This document shows positions 47,515 through 57,166 of a stretch of DNA of 64,000 nt, one piece after another. Below the pieces are notes generated by a model. It had not been told where the DNA came from, ran no database searches, and saw nothing but the letters and a program-made list of their open reading frames with translations. Each line of letters begins with the position of its first letter. The first letter of the stretch is position 1. This DNA comes from Planctomycetota bacterium. Its GTDB lineage: Bacteria > Planctomycetota > UBA1135 > UBA2386. Position numbers and translations under genes: made by a program. Location: the NCBI GenBank assembly GCA_965223545.1, contig OZ245006.1:6144001-6208000 (forward strand), given 5' to 3'.

Positions 47515-50500
47515 CTGGTGACCAGCTGCGCCTGTACACCGTACAGGCTGGAGTCATCGGTGCGACCCAGGGCCTCGCCGATCGAGGCGCGCAGGGTGAG
47601 CTCCCATGCCGGGCGTGGCCGCCACGTCATGCCCCAGTCGACGCCCCAGATGCTGGTGCCCTCGCGCAGCTCGTGGCCGACGTGCGCCAGCAGGCTCGTG
47701 CCGAGCCCCTCACAGAGCTGGCGATCCGCGCGTCCGGCGACGATGGCGTAGTGATAGCGCGCGGAGATCGGCATCTGGTGCTGGAGGCGGCGCTCCAGCA
47801 GCCAAGCGGATTGCAGGCTGCCCCATGCTTGCAGCAACCAGGGCTCGTCGTAATCGGGGCTGTCGAGCAGCACCGGACTCACCGGACCGCTGTGCACGCG
47901 CGTCGGCGTGAAGCCGGAGGCGATCGCCTGCTCGCTCGGCCGGATCGTGTGGCCCAAGCTCAGCTCGAGCTGGGCGTTGCCGTCGTGCACGGTGCCCTGC
48001 TGCGGGGTGTCGATCTGCAGGGCCTCGAGCTTGGTGTCGGCGCCGGCCCACCAGCCCGCAGTGAACTCGTCGTATGCCTGCAGCTGTGCGCCGTGCCTTC
48101 GACCCGCCAGGGCGATGGCGGCGCCGGGGCCGTCGATCAACTCGTTCGCGTACAGCCGCAGCGAGTAGCTCGGTTGTGGCGGGGTGTGACGGGCAGTGAC
48201 CTCTAGCCAGCCGCTGACGGGAAGGTCCCCCGGCGCGTCGAGCAGGAACGAGAGTCCGCCGCCGAACCGGCGCACGCGGTCGACGGGGCCGTCCAGCGCC
48301 ACGTCGAGCACGCCGATGTCGCTTGTCGCGACGCGCGTGGCGTCGTCGATCGCCGCGGCGCGCCCCTCGAAGTGCAGCGCGCTCAGCCGCAGCTCGGCGC
48401 GGTGATCGTCCTCGGTGCGCAGAGACGTGCCGACGCTGAACCACGCATGGCGGTCGTCGCCGACCGCGCGCCATCCCGTGCTGGCAATGCCGACGTCGGC
48501 CGCCAGATCGCCGACCCGTTGCGCCGCCGCCGCCGCGTGCAAGCTGTCGGGCTGCAGCCGCAGCCAGTCTTGGTAGGCGCGCAGTGCACGCGGCCAGTCC
48601 GCCAGCTTCTCGTGGCTAGCGCCGAGCTGGGCGAACGCGCCGGCGTCGGGTCCGTGGAGCTCGAGTCGTCGCGTGAGCACCGCGCACGCCTGGCCGTGTG
48701 CCTTGGTGCGGCTGAAGAAGGCCGCGGCGATGCGCAGCGCGCGCGCATCGTCCGGCGCATCCGCCAGCGCGCGTTCGACGTGCGGCGCGGCTTCCTCGGT
48801 GCGCTCGAGGTCGAGTAGCAGCTCGGCCAGGTCGAGGCGCAGCCCGATTGCGTCGGGCGAAGCTTCGACCAGCCGCTCGCGAATCGGCACCGCCTCGTCC
48901 GCGCGGCCGACGCGCGCCAGCGCGTGGGCGACCATGCTCTGCAGCTCGTCGGTCTGTGGCGTGATCGCACGCAAGCCGACGATCGACCGCCGAAAGTGAT
49001 GGCGTGCCCGTTGCAGTCGCTCGGTGGCCCACAGGGCCTCCGCCAGCAGGTGCTCCCCTCGGGCGTCTCCGGGGTTGGCCGTCAGATGCTGCTGCAGCAG
49101 CGCCACGGCGCGGTGCGGCGCGCCGTTCCAAGACAGGATCTGACCCTGGCGCAGTCTGGCGGTCGGATGCGCCGGATCGCGGACCAGAACCTGCTGGAAG
49201 AACAGCGCGGCCTGATCGAACCGCGCCATGCCGAACAGCTGTTCGCCGACCTGTGCGATCTCCTCCACCGGAGCGTCCGGGTGCGCTGCCCTGGCCTCGG
49301 TCCAGGCCATCGCGCGGTCGATGTCCTCGACTGCGTACAGGGCGGTGATGAGACGGGAGGTCGCCGTGGAGCGCAGCCCGTCCTTCTCTGCCAGGAAGCG
49401 CCAGTGTGGCAACGCGGCATCGTACCGTTCGCTCGCCTCCAGCAGCTCCGCGAGCCGCGCTCGGTTGGCGTCGTCTTGGGGTGCGCGCTCGAGCAGCGCG
49501 CCACGGGCCTCGGACTCGGCGTCGCTGTCGCCCGCCCAGGCGGCGCGATCGATCCATGCCCGCAGCAGCTGCTGATCCTCGGGGAACGCGTAGAACAGCT
49601 CGCGCGCGGCGACGGCGCGTTCGGGCGCGGTCGGCAGGGCGTCGACGAGCTCCAACCGGAAGCCGCGAGACGCACCGTCGTAACCATGCCGGTCGAGCAG
49701 CTCCTGCGCGATGGTGCGGAAGCGCTCGCGGCGCAGGAACGGGCGCAGCTGATCGAGGACGTCGGCGACGATGGTGTCCGGCATGTCGCCGGTGCGCGCC
49801 ATCTCCAGCGCGCGTTCGCCCAGCCCAGGAACGCCGGCCCGCTCGAACTGGCGGAAGCGCTCGAAGAACTGCTCAGGGGCCAGGTCCAGGCCACCGAGCC
49901 GCACCAGCAGCTGCTGTACGCGCGCGTCCTGGCGCAAGCCGGTGCGGAGTTGCAGCAGCTCGACCCACGTGCCCTTGTCGTATGGCAGTCGTTGGAGCCG
50001 CGCCTCGAGCAGATCCGCCAAGTCCTCGACCCGATTGGTCATCCGGTACAGGTGCTCGAGGCGCTCCTCGTAGACGACGTCCGCCTCCAGCGTGTGCAGG
50101 CTGCGCAGCTCGGCGATGGCCCGGTCCAAACGCAGGTCTTGCAGAGCGAGGTCGACTGCCATCTCGCGCCAGCGGACGGTGTCGGGTTGCTCCTGAATCA
50201 AGTAGTCGAGCAGCTCGAAGGCCTGGTCGGGCATGCCGCTGGTCAACGCCAGGTGGATCGCCCGCTCCGTCTCGGCGGTCTCGCCCGCGCGCTCTGCCAT
50301 GACGAGTGCATGGGGTACCGCGCGTCCGGGTTCGCCGATGAAGTCGTACAGCGCCAGCAGGCGGTGCCGAATCGAATCGTCATCGTCGATGGCGCGCGCC
50401 AAGATCTGCTCCAGGGCGTTGGCCTCGGCGGCGGGCTTGCCCAGCCAGCCGGCCAACGTCGCCCGCCTCTTCCAGTAGTCGGGATCCGTCGGCTTGAAGC

Positions 50501-51299
50501 GCAGCGAGTGCTGGGACACCGCCCACGCCGCGGGGAGCTGCCCGTCGCCGATCAGCACCCGTGTCAGGTGCCGACCGATCTGCGCTGCCCCGGGATAGCG
50601 GCGCAGCCCGCGCAGCAGCCAGCGCACTCGGGCGCGGCCACGGCCCGCGTCCTCGAACTTCTGCGCGACGTCGACGAAACGTCGCAGGTCGGTGCGGCCG
50701 CCGGCGATCGCGTGGCGCTCCTGGTCTGCCATCGCGTCGGCGGGCGGCGCGAGCGCGGTGCGCATGGCCGCTGGCCACTCGTCGCGCTGGAAGAACTGCT
50801 CGGTGGCGCGGGCGATGCCGTCGTCGCCATACAGCGAGACGATGGTGTCGGTCAAGGCGACGACGTCGAGCGCCTCACCCAGCAAACGCTGGTTGCGCGG
50901 GTCGTCGAGGGGGGCCGGAGCCGGCGTCGAGAGCTCCGCTTCGAGGGTGCGGATCGGTCCGCTCAGCTGCCGGGCGTCGGGGTAGCTGACGGCCAGCTGT
51001 CGCAAGCGTTCGAGGGACAGCCGCGCGTCGCCGAGGAGGCGGGCTTCGTCGAGCAGCTCGAGCGGCGAGCGAATGCGCTCGCCGGTGTGTCGATCGATCC
51101 GCGCCGCGGTATCGGGGATGTCGCGGTCCGCCGCGCTGGTGGTGCCGCGCGCGGCCGGTCCCTCTGGCCCGCGCGGCAGCTCGGTGATGGTGCGCCGGCG
51201 CGGTTCCAGCGCCAGGGTGCTGGGCACGGCCAGCAGCGCCGCGATCAACGCGCAGTTGGCCATGGCAAACAGCGCCACTTTCGACCGCTGGAAGATCAC
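47508..51299 (-). CDS. pelB: PelB-like TPR plus outer-membrane beta-barrel export protein
   Basis: GTGA overlap with the pelA stop; N-terminal hydrophobic segment, long TPR array, C-terminal amphipathic strands ending in Trp (GVQAQLVTRW). Confidence 0.75.
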   Translation of the reverse strand: MIFQRSKVALFAMANCALIAALLAVPSTLALEPRRRTITELPRGPEGPAARGTTSAADRDIPDTAARIDRHTGERIRSPLELLDEARLLGDARLSLERLRQLAVSYPDARQLSGPIRTLEAELSTPAPAPLDDPRNQRLLGEALDVVALTDTIVSLYGDDGIARATEQFFQRDEWPAAMRTALAPPADAMADQERHAIAGGRTDLRRFVDVAQKFEDAGRGRARVRWLLRGLRRYPGAAQIGRHLTRVLIGDGQLPAAWAVSQHSLRFKPTDPDYWKRRATLAGWLGKPAAEANALEQILARAIDDDDSIRHRLLALYDFIGEPGRAVPHALVMAERAGETAETERAIHLALTSGMPDQAFELLDYLIQEQPDTVRWREMAVDLALQDLRLDRAIAELRSLHTLEADVVYEERLEHLYRMTNRVEDLADLLEARLQRLPYDKGTWVELLQLRTGLRQDARVQQLLVRLGGLDLAPEQFFERFRQFERAGVPGLGERALEMARTGDMPDTIVADVLDQLRPFLRRERFRTIAQELLDRHGYDGASRGFRLELVDALPTAPERAVAARELFYAFPEDQQLLRAWIDRAAWAGDSDAESEARGALLERAPQDDANRARLAELLEASERYDAALPHWRFLAEKDGLRSTATSRLITALYAVEDIDRAMAWTEARAAHPDAPVEEIAQVGEQLFGMARFDQAALFFQQVLVRDPAHPTARLRQGQILSWNGAPHRAVALLQQHLTANPGDARGEHLLAEALWATERLQRARHHFRRSIVGLRAITPQTDELQSMVAHALARVGRADEAVPIRERLVEASPDAIGLRLDLAELLLDLERTEEAAPHVERALADAPDDARALRIAAAFFSRTKAHGQACAVLTRRLELHGPDAGAFAQLGASHEKLADWPRALRAYQDWLRLQPDSLHAAAAAQRVGDLAADVGIASTGWRAVGDDRHAWFSVGTSLRTEDDHRAELRLSALHFEGRAAAIDDATRVATSDIGVLDVALDGPVDRVRRFGGGLSFLLDAPGDLPVSGWLEVTARHTPPQPSYSLRLYANELIDGPGAAIALAGRRHGAQLQAYDEFTAGWWAGADTKLEALQIDTPQQGTVHDGNAQLELSLGHTIRPSEQAIASGFTPTRVHSGPVSPVLLDSPDYDEPWLLQAWGSLQSAWLLERRLQHQMPISARYHYAIVAGRADRQLCEGLGTSLLAHVGHELREGTSIWGVDWGMTWRPRPAWELTLRASIGEALGRTDDSSLYGVQAQLVTRW

Positions 51300-53395
51300 G
51301 GCAGGCGCACCTCGATGTGGCCCGCGGTGCTGGGCGGCAGTTGTAGACGCAGTCGACCGAGGTTGTCGGCCGGCAGCCGTCGGCGTTGACCGTCGACCAG
51401 CACCCGCAGCGACGCCGACGGAGGGAAACCGCCGAGCAAAAGCTCGCGTGGCAGCTGTGAAGGCGCTTCCAGCGCGAGGAACCGCGCGTCGCGGGTCGCG
51501 GCCAAGATTCTCGTGTTGCTCTCGACCAGGTGCGGCGCCGGGGCCGGGCCATCGGACCACACCAGCTCGGCGTCGGGGTCCGAGAGGTGCAGGTAGAGCG
51601 AGTCGTGGATGCGCTGCGCGCCGAGGATGCCCGTGCTCGCTGGCCAATCGATGCGCCGCGTCACGCCGTCGATGCGGACCGAACGGCACGCCCGGAAGCC
51701 TCGGAAGGCGTAGCCGCGCGTCGTGCGCAGGACGTCGCAGCCGGAGCATGCGTCGAGCACTGCGGCGGCGTAGGTCGACGCGTGCACCGGGATGGTCGGT
51801 TCTTCGAGGGCCCAGCGCTGGATCAGGTCGTGCAGGGCTTGCAGACGCGCCGGCCGTTCGGCGGCGTAGAAGTGGACGTAGATGTTCGCTGGCTTGAGGA
51901 TGCGTCCGCGCCCGGTGTTGGCCAGCGTGATGCCGGCGTGCCCGTGCGCGCCCGGCATCGTGTCGAAGTAGCCGCGGTACACGTTCTCGTTGGGACCGCC
52001 GCAGTAGACCTGGAAGCGATCGCCGACTTGCTTGCCCCAGGGGGCGACGAAGCCGACCGAGTCGTGCATCGGGTCCCAGCGAAACACCCCACCGTTGAGG
52101 TTGAGGCAGCCGGCGTCCTCCGCTGCGGCAATGGTGGCGGCGTCCGGGTTGGCAGCACCGCTCCACAGCATCACCTTGCAGCTCTTGTCAGGAGGCGCCA
52201 AGTAGCGGTTGATGAACGCGATCGAGCCCGTGACCTCGCGGTGTGCGGCGGGCTCGAAGCCCTCGAGCTCTTCGTAGGAACGCTGCAGGCGGGGCGACGA
52301 ACGCAGCCGGGGCGGCCGCCGCCAATCCAGTGGGTGCAGTACGGAGTGGCTCGCGATCTCGACGAACGGTCGCTCGAAGATCTCGGTCGCCAGCTCCATC
52401 GCCGCGCTCGGGGTGGACGGTGAGAAGGTTTCCGTCAGGCTCGCGATGACGACGCTGACCGTCGCCGGCAACCGATACCGGTCGAGAACGTCGGTGAGCA
52501 TGACGCGCGCGGATGGCTCGCCGCGACGCACCGTCGACTCGCTCTCGAAACCGTCGCCGTCGATGTGCAGGAAGAACATCCGGCGGCCCAGCAGCACGCA
52601 TGGCGCGGGGGCGGGTACACCTTCGAGGCCGAGCGCCGCGGAGAAGTAGGCGAATGGATCGACGTACCAGCGCCGTTCGCCGGCGGTGTGGCCCTCGTGC
52701 AGCATCCAGGGGTGAAGCCCGATGCCGCCCCAGCGACCGGTGACGATCGGCGTCGCCGGAGCCGCGAACGTCTCGCGATCTCGGGTGCGCAGCCAGACGC
52801 GGTTGTCCGCCGACGTGTTGCGCGGGCCGTGGTGGACCCGCACGTGAACCGGCTGGGATTCGTATCCGTAGTGCTGCGTTTCCAGCACGTCGGTGGCGAC
52901 GCGCACGGGGTCGTTGGTGCCGGCTTCGTCGAGCGCCAGACCGAACGGGTGCAGCCAGCGGCGCAATCGATCGGGGTCTTCTCCCCGCAGCGGGCCGAAG
53001 TCGCCGAAGTGGACGACCCGCACTCCGTAGTGGTCGCGTGCCGTCTGCAGCCACGGCCACAGCCAGTCCGGCAGCTCCTCGTGACCGTGGAAGTAGGTCA
53101 GCACCGCCCGCGTGCGCTGGGCCTGCAACGGCGGTGGGCCCTCGGACAGGTCGTGGATGCGCACCACCATGCCGAGGTGGTTGAGCGGCATCTGCAGCAG
53201 CTCGTGCACGTGGTCGAAGCGGTTGCCACCACGGTCCTCGACCTTGGTGCTGGTCAACGCCACCACTTCACGCGCTACCAGCTCGTGCACCCCGTGCACC
53301 GCAACGCCGCCTTGGGCGGGGGCTCGAGCGCATTGCCCGAACGCCGCTGCGATGAACATGAGGAGCACGAGGCCTCGCTGTCGCCCCGTTCTCAA
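51296..53395 (-). CDS. pelA: PelA-like polysaccharide deacetylase lacking the N-terminal hydrolase domain
   Basis: FFLHIDGDGF, EIASHSVLHP, MLWSG, NLNGG, NENVY, LKPANIYVHFY; start may be TTG 53395 or ATG 53359. Confidence 0.85.
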   Translation of the reverse strand: MRTGRQRGLVLLMFIAAAFGQCARAPAQGGVAVHGVHELVAREVVALTSTKVEDRGGNRFDHVHELLQMPLNHLGMVVRIHDLSEGPPPLQAQRTRAVLTYFHGHEELPDWLWPWLQTARDHYGVRVVHFGDFGPLRGEDPDRLRRWLHPFGLALDEAGTNDPVRVATDVLETQHYGYESQPVHVRVHHGPRNTSADNRVWLRTRDRETFAAPATPIVTGRWGGIGLHPWMLHEGHTAGERRWYVDPFAYFSAALGLEGVPAPAPCVLLGRRMFFLHIDGDGFESESTVRRGEPSARVMLTDVLDRYRLPATVSVVIASLTETFSPSTPSAAMELATEIFERPFVEIASHSVLHPLDWRRPPRLRSSPRLQRSYEELEGFEPAAHREVTGSIAFINRYLAPPDKSCKVMLWSGAANPDAATIAAAEDAGCLNLNGGVFRWDPMHDSVGFVAPWGKQVGDRFQVYCGGPNENVYRGYFDTMPGAHGHAGITLANTGRGRILKPANIYVHFYAAERPARLQALHDLIQRWALEEPTIPVHASTYAAAVLDACSGCDVLRTTRGYAFRGFRACRSVRIDGVTRRIDWPASTGILGAQRIHDSLYLHLSDPDAELVWSDGPAPAPHLVESNTRILAATRDARFLALEAPSQLPRELLLGGFPPSASLRVLVDGQRRRLPADNLGRLRLQLPPSTAGHIEVRLP

Positions 53396-53592
53396 AGAAG
53401 TACAACCCGGTTGTCTGCATCAGTCTTCGGGATGCGGTGAGAGCTGGCTTGATCGATGCGCGCGGCCCCGGGCCCGCGCCTCGTTGCCACCGAGGGTTCG
53501 GCTCCCGCCGAGTCCTGCCCGAGTCACCGGGCGGCGGGGTGCGCCGCGAGATCCACTCCAACCCCGGTCGGGCGCTGACCGACCAGAGGGAC

Positions 53593-54702
53593 ATGGCCAT
53601 GGGCAGTGGGGTTCGGTCTTGCGGCGCGGCCTTCCGGGTGGTGCCAGTGATCGCGTTGACGAGCGTCACGGCGTGCTGGTCAGCGCGCGGAGTGGAGCCG
53701 CCCGCGGAGACGCCCGCCGCGGCGGGCGCGAACCTGGTGCCCGACGATCCGTCCACCGCGAAGCTGGCCGCGGTCGAGCGGTGGGTGATTCAGCTGCAGG
53801 GGTTGGAGGACGTCGGCGCGATCGGCCGCCTCGCCGGCGTTCCGGCGGACCTGGTCGTCGTCGAGCCGATGCGCTCGCAGCGTGGGTTCGAAGAGTTCCC
53901 GATGGCCGAGGCCGTGGCGCGGATTCAGGCGCCGAGATTCACGACCGGCCGCCGGCGAGTCTGTTTGGCATACCTCAACGTCGGTCAAGCCGAGGACTAT
54001 CGCACCTACTGGACCGAGGGCTGGCGCGCGCCGACCGAAGATGCGCCCGGTCTGCCCAGCTTCCTGCTCACGGTCGACCCGGACGGGTGGGTGGGCAACT
54101 ACCCGGTCGCCTACTGGGACGCCCGCTGGCGCGGTGAGCTGCTGGGGCATCCCGGCGCCCCGTTGGACCAGATCTTGGCCGATGGGTTCGACGGTGTGTA
54201 CCTGGACTGGGTCTTGGGCTACGGCGATCCGGCGGTCGTCGCCGCGGCCCGCGATGCCGCGATCGATCCCGAGGAAGCCATGGTGGACTGGCTCACCGAA
54301 GTCCGCGACTACGCCCGGCGTCGCAACCCGGCGTTCGTCCTGATCGCGCAGAACGCGATCGCGCTGGTCGAGCGCCACCCGCGGATGCTGGCGGTCATCG
54401 ACGGTCTCGTGCAGGAAGATCTCTCGTTCCGCGGCCGTGCCGACGCGGCCTGGGACGACGACCACTCGGGTGGCATCGCGGGGGTCGATCACGGCCCATG
54501 GTCGACCGCGGTCCTGGGCCGCCGGCTGGCGGCGGCGCGCGAAGCCGGGCTGACCGTTTTGACCCTCGACTACGCCGTGGATCCGGCGGATGTGCTGTTG
54601 GCGGAGCGCGTCAGCCGCGGCTTCGGCTTGCTGCCAGCAGTCAGCCGCACGCCCCTCGACCGCCTGCCGGAGCACATCTGGAACGCCGTCCCGGCGCGTT
54701 GA
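53593..54702 (+). CDS. Endo-alpha-1,4-polygalactosaminidase-like glycoside hydrolase (GH114/GH166-like), probable lipoprotein
   Basis: WVIQLQ, LAYLNVGQAEDYRTYW, VAYWD, GFDGVYLD, IAQN, LTLDY; lipobox-like VTAC; divergent from pelA. Confidence 0.88.
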   Translation: MAMGSGVRSCGAAFRVVPVIALTSVTACWSARGVEPPAETPAAAGANLVPDDPSTAKLAAVERWVIQLQGLEDVGAIGRLAGVPADLVVVEPMRSQRGFEEFPMAEAVARIQAPRFTTGRRRVCLAYLNVGQAEDYRTYWTEGWRAPTEDAPGLPSFLLTVDPDGWVGNYPVAYWDARWRGELLGHPGAPLDQILADGFDGVYLDWVLGYGDPAVVAAARDAAIDPEEAMVDWLTEVRDYARRRNPAFVLIAQNAIALVERHPRMLAVIDGLVQEDLSFRGRADAAWDDDHSGGIAGVDHGPWSTAVLGRRLAAAREAGLTVLTLDYAVDPADVLLAERVSRGFGLLPAVSRTPLDRLPEHIWNAVPAR

Positions 54703-54735
54703 TCAACGCCGCTCCCGAGGCATCGTGCCCGGTAG

Positions 54736-55137
54736 TCAGCGTTCGCGGTCGTCGAGGTCGGGCAGCGAGGCTTCGTCGAGGGTCCAAGTGCCGGCTTCGA
54801 TCAAGTCCTCGCGGCCGCTGGCCAAGACGAAGGCAACGGCCGCCATCGGGCGGACGTCGCCGGCAATCACCTGTACGGCCTCGCGTCGGTAGAGCGCGCC
54901 TTCGTACTCGTCGAGGCGGGCCCAGTCCGCGGTGGTCAAATCGAGCACCAACCGCCCGGTCGTGCTGGCGCCGGCGGTGGCCACGATCGCAGGGTAGGCG
55001 CGGCCGCGCAGGCGCACGCGACGGTAGCCGGCAAGGGTTGCCGCGCGAGTGTGCGTCGCGCGGCCGAGCACACACTGGCGCAGGTGGTCGGACAGCAGCG
55101 TGCCGTAGGCAAACAGTGGGTGTGGGTGCGGAGTCAT
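54736..55137 (-). CDS. Gamma-glutamylcyclotransferase (AIG2-like)
   Basis: LFAYGTL, YPAI, LDEYEGALYRR. Confidence 0.88.
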   Translation of the reverse strand: MTPHPHPLFAYGTLLSDHLRQCVLGRATHTRAATLAGYRRVRLRGRAYPAIVATAGASTTGRLVLDLTTADWARLDEYEGALYRREAVQVIAGDVRPMAAVAFVLASGREDLIEAGTWTLDEASLPDLDDRER

Positions 55138-55141
55138 GCCC

Positions 55142-56740
55142 TCATTCGCCGACCAGCGGCGCGCCCATCGCTGCACAATCCCGCTGCAGCTCGGCCGGTG
55201 ACCGGTGCTTCTTCTGTCGCCGGATGTGCGCCAGCAGCTCCGCGGCGTGCTCGCGGTACAGGTCGCGCGCGTCGATGCCGTAGGTGGCCAGCTGCGCCGC
55301 TTGACGCGGAGAGCACAGGCCCACCGCGCGCCGGTCGAGCAGGTGCTCGTGGAGCTCGTATGCCTGCCGTCGCGTCAGATCGGCGAGCGCCGCTTTGGGC
55401 AGCCCCGCGCGCTGCAGGGTGCGGATCTGGTCCGGCGAAGCGCGCCCGTCGCCGCGCACGGCGGCGGGGCGTTGGAAGCCGACCGCGGCAAACGGGTCGC
55501 GGTGGACCAGCTGGTAGCGGACGTCGGTGGCGCGGGCTTCGCATTCTTGCCGGGCGAGCTCGAGTGCTTCTTCGATCGCGAGCGCGCGCCCTTCCTCGGT
55601 GGCATCGGCGGTGATGCGGCGCGCGGCTTCGCCGACCGCCTCGTCCGGGGCGAACAGATCGACGGCCGACACCAGACTGTGCCGGCAGTTCGCCGGTGAG
55701 AAGTCCAAGACCACCAGGTCGCGCTTGCCGTTGGCGATGCGCGTGCCGCGACCGACCATCTGGGCGTAGAAGGCGCGCGAGAGTACCGGTCGCGCGATGG
55801 CGACCAGCGAGATCTGCGGCACGTCGAACCCCTCGGTGAACAGCGCGCAGTTGACCAGCACGGCGATCTCGCCGCGCTTGAAGCGATCGACGATCGCGCG
55901 GCGTTCGGCGGCATCACTGGTGCCGTCGAGGGCGGCGGCGAACAGCGGATCGCCCGCGGTCGCGCACAGCACGCGCGCCAGCGCATGCGCGTGCGCGACC
56001 GAGACCGCGAACACGATCGCCGGGCGGCCGCGGCGTTCGCGCACGACGGGGACGGCGATCTCCGCCAAGTGCGGGGCTTGGCCGAGGATGCGCTCGACGT
56101 CGCCCGTGGCCAGCTCACCGGCGACCTTGGCCACGGCGGAGAAATCGGCTTGCGTGCGCACCAGGTAGGAGCGGATCGGGCACAGCCAGCCGTCATCGAT
56201 CGCGGCGCGCAGCTCGTACTCGAACGCGACGTCCGAGTAGATGGTGGCGAGCGAGCTGCGGTCGCTGCGGTCGGGCGTCGCGGTGACGCCGACGACGAAG
56301 CAGCCGAAGTGATCGAGGATGCGGCGGTAGGTCGCCGCGGTGCTGTGGTGGGCCTCGTCGACGACGATCAGCGAGAACGCGTCGGCGGAGAACTTCGCCA
56401 GGCGTCGGTGTACGGACTGGACGCTGGCGACGGTGATGCGGGCGCGGGTGCCGCCGCTCGGCTGCGTCGACTGGCGCTGCAGGCCCATCTCGACGGCGAT
56501 GTGGTCGCGGCACCAGGCCCGCAGCTTGTCGCGTGCCTGCTCGACCAGCTCCTGGCGGTGTGCCAGGACCAGGACCCCGCCCCGCGCCAGGCGCGCCATC
56601 TCCGCGAACAGCACCGTCTTGCCGGTGCCGGTGGGCATCACCACCAGGGTGCGGCGATGGCCGTGGCGGAACGAATCCCGCACCGCCTCTAGGGCGCGCT
56701 GTTGGTAGGGACGCAGCTTCTGCCCGGACCCGCTGGACAT
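55142..56740 (-). CDS. SF2 DEAD/DEAH-box helicase (ResIII/IRC3-like)
   Basis: LRPYQ, PTGTGKT, DEAHH, TATP, LFTEGFD, QMVGRGTR. Confidence 0.92.
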   Translation of the reverse strand: MSSGSGQKLRPYQQRALEAVRDSFRHGHRRTLVVMPTGTGKTVLFAEMARLARGGVLVLAHRQELVEQARDKLRAWCRDHIAVEMGLQRQSTQPSGGTRARITVASVQSVHRRLAKFSADAFSLIVVDEAHHSTAATYRRILDHFGCFVVGVTATPDRSDRSSLATIYSDVAFEYELRAAIDDGWLCPIRSYLVRTQADFSAVAKVAGELATGDVERILGQAPHLAEIAVPVVRERRGRPAIVFAVSVAHAHALARVLCATAGDPLFAAALDGTSDAAERRAIVDRFKRGEIAVLVNCALFTEGFDVPQISLVAIARPVLSRAFYAQMVGRGTRIANGKRDLVVLDFSPANCRHSLVSAVDLFAPDEAVGEAARRITADATEEGRALAIEEALELARQECEARATDVRYQLVHRDPFAAVGFQRPAAVRGDGRASPDQIRTLQRAGLPKAALADLTRRQAYELHEHLLDRRAVGLCSPRQAAQLATYGIDARDLYREHAAELLAHIRRQKKHRSPAELQRDCAAMGAPLVGE

Positions 56741-56829
56741 CGCCGACCAAGGGTATCGGCGCGGCACCCTGGCCGCGATTGCCGAGCCCGGTCCTTGTGC
56801 GGCCGGCGCGCGGTGCCAAGATCGCTCGG

Positions 56830-57123
56830 GTGTCGTCCAGCGTCGAGCTCGAACGGCGGTCGTTCCGCGTGCATGGTCGCGTGCAGGGGGTGGCGTTTCG
56901 CGCCTACACCGTGCGCGCGGCGGAGCGCATCGGTGTCACCGGCTTCGTGCAGAACTGTGCCGATGGCACCGTCGCCGGCGAGGTGCAGGGAGCGCCACAG
57001 GCGGTGGCGGAGTTCGTCGAGTGGCTGGACGAGGGTTCACCCTGGGCGGCCGTCGAGGCGGTGGACGCGGCGCTGATCCAGGTGGCCGAGGGCGACGGTG
57101 GCTTCCGCGTGCGCCGCAGCTGA
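56830..57123 (+). CDS. acyP: Acylphosphatase
   Basis: VHGRVQGVAFR, GFVQNCADGTV, GSPWAAV. Confidence 0.92.
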   Translation: MSSSVELERRSFRVHGRVQGVAFRAYTVRAAERIGVTGFVQNCADGTVAGEVQGAPQAVAEFVEWLDEGSPWAAVEAVDAALIQVAEGDGGFRVRRS

Positions 57124-57166
57124 CAAGTGCATCGATCCCGAAAGACCGAGCCGGCACCATGAACGC

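Noticed and set aside
53396..53592. c-di-GMP riboswitch or regulator box in the pel divergent region
   Set aside because: No GEMM-like GCAAA/GAAA architecture seen; only short 5-bp palindromes such as ACAAC-CCG-GTTGT.
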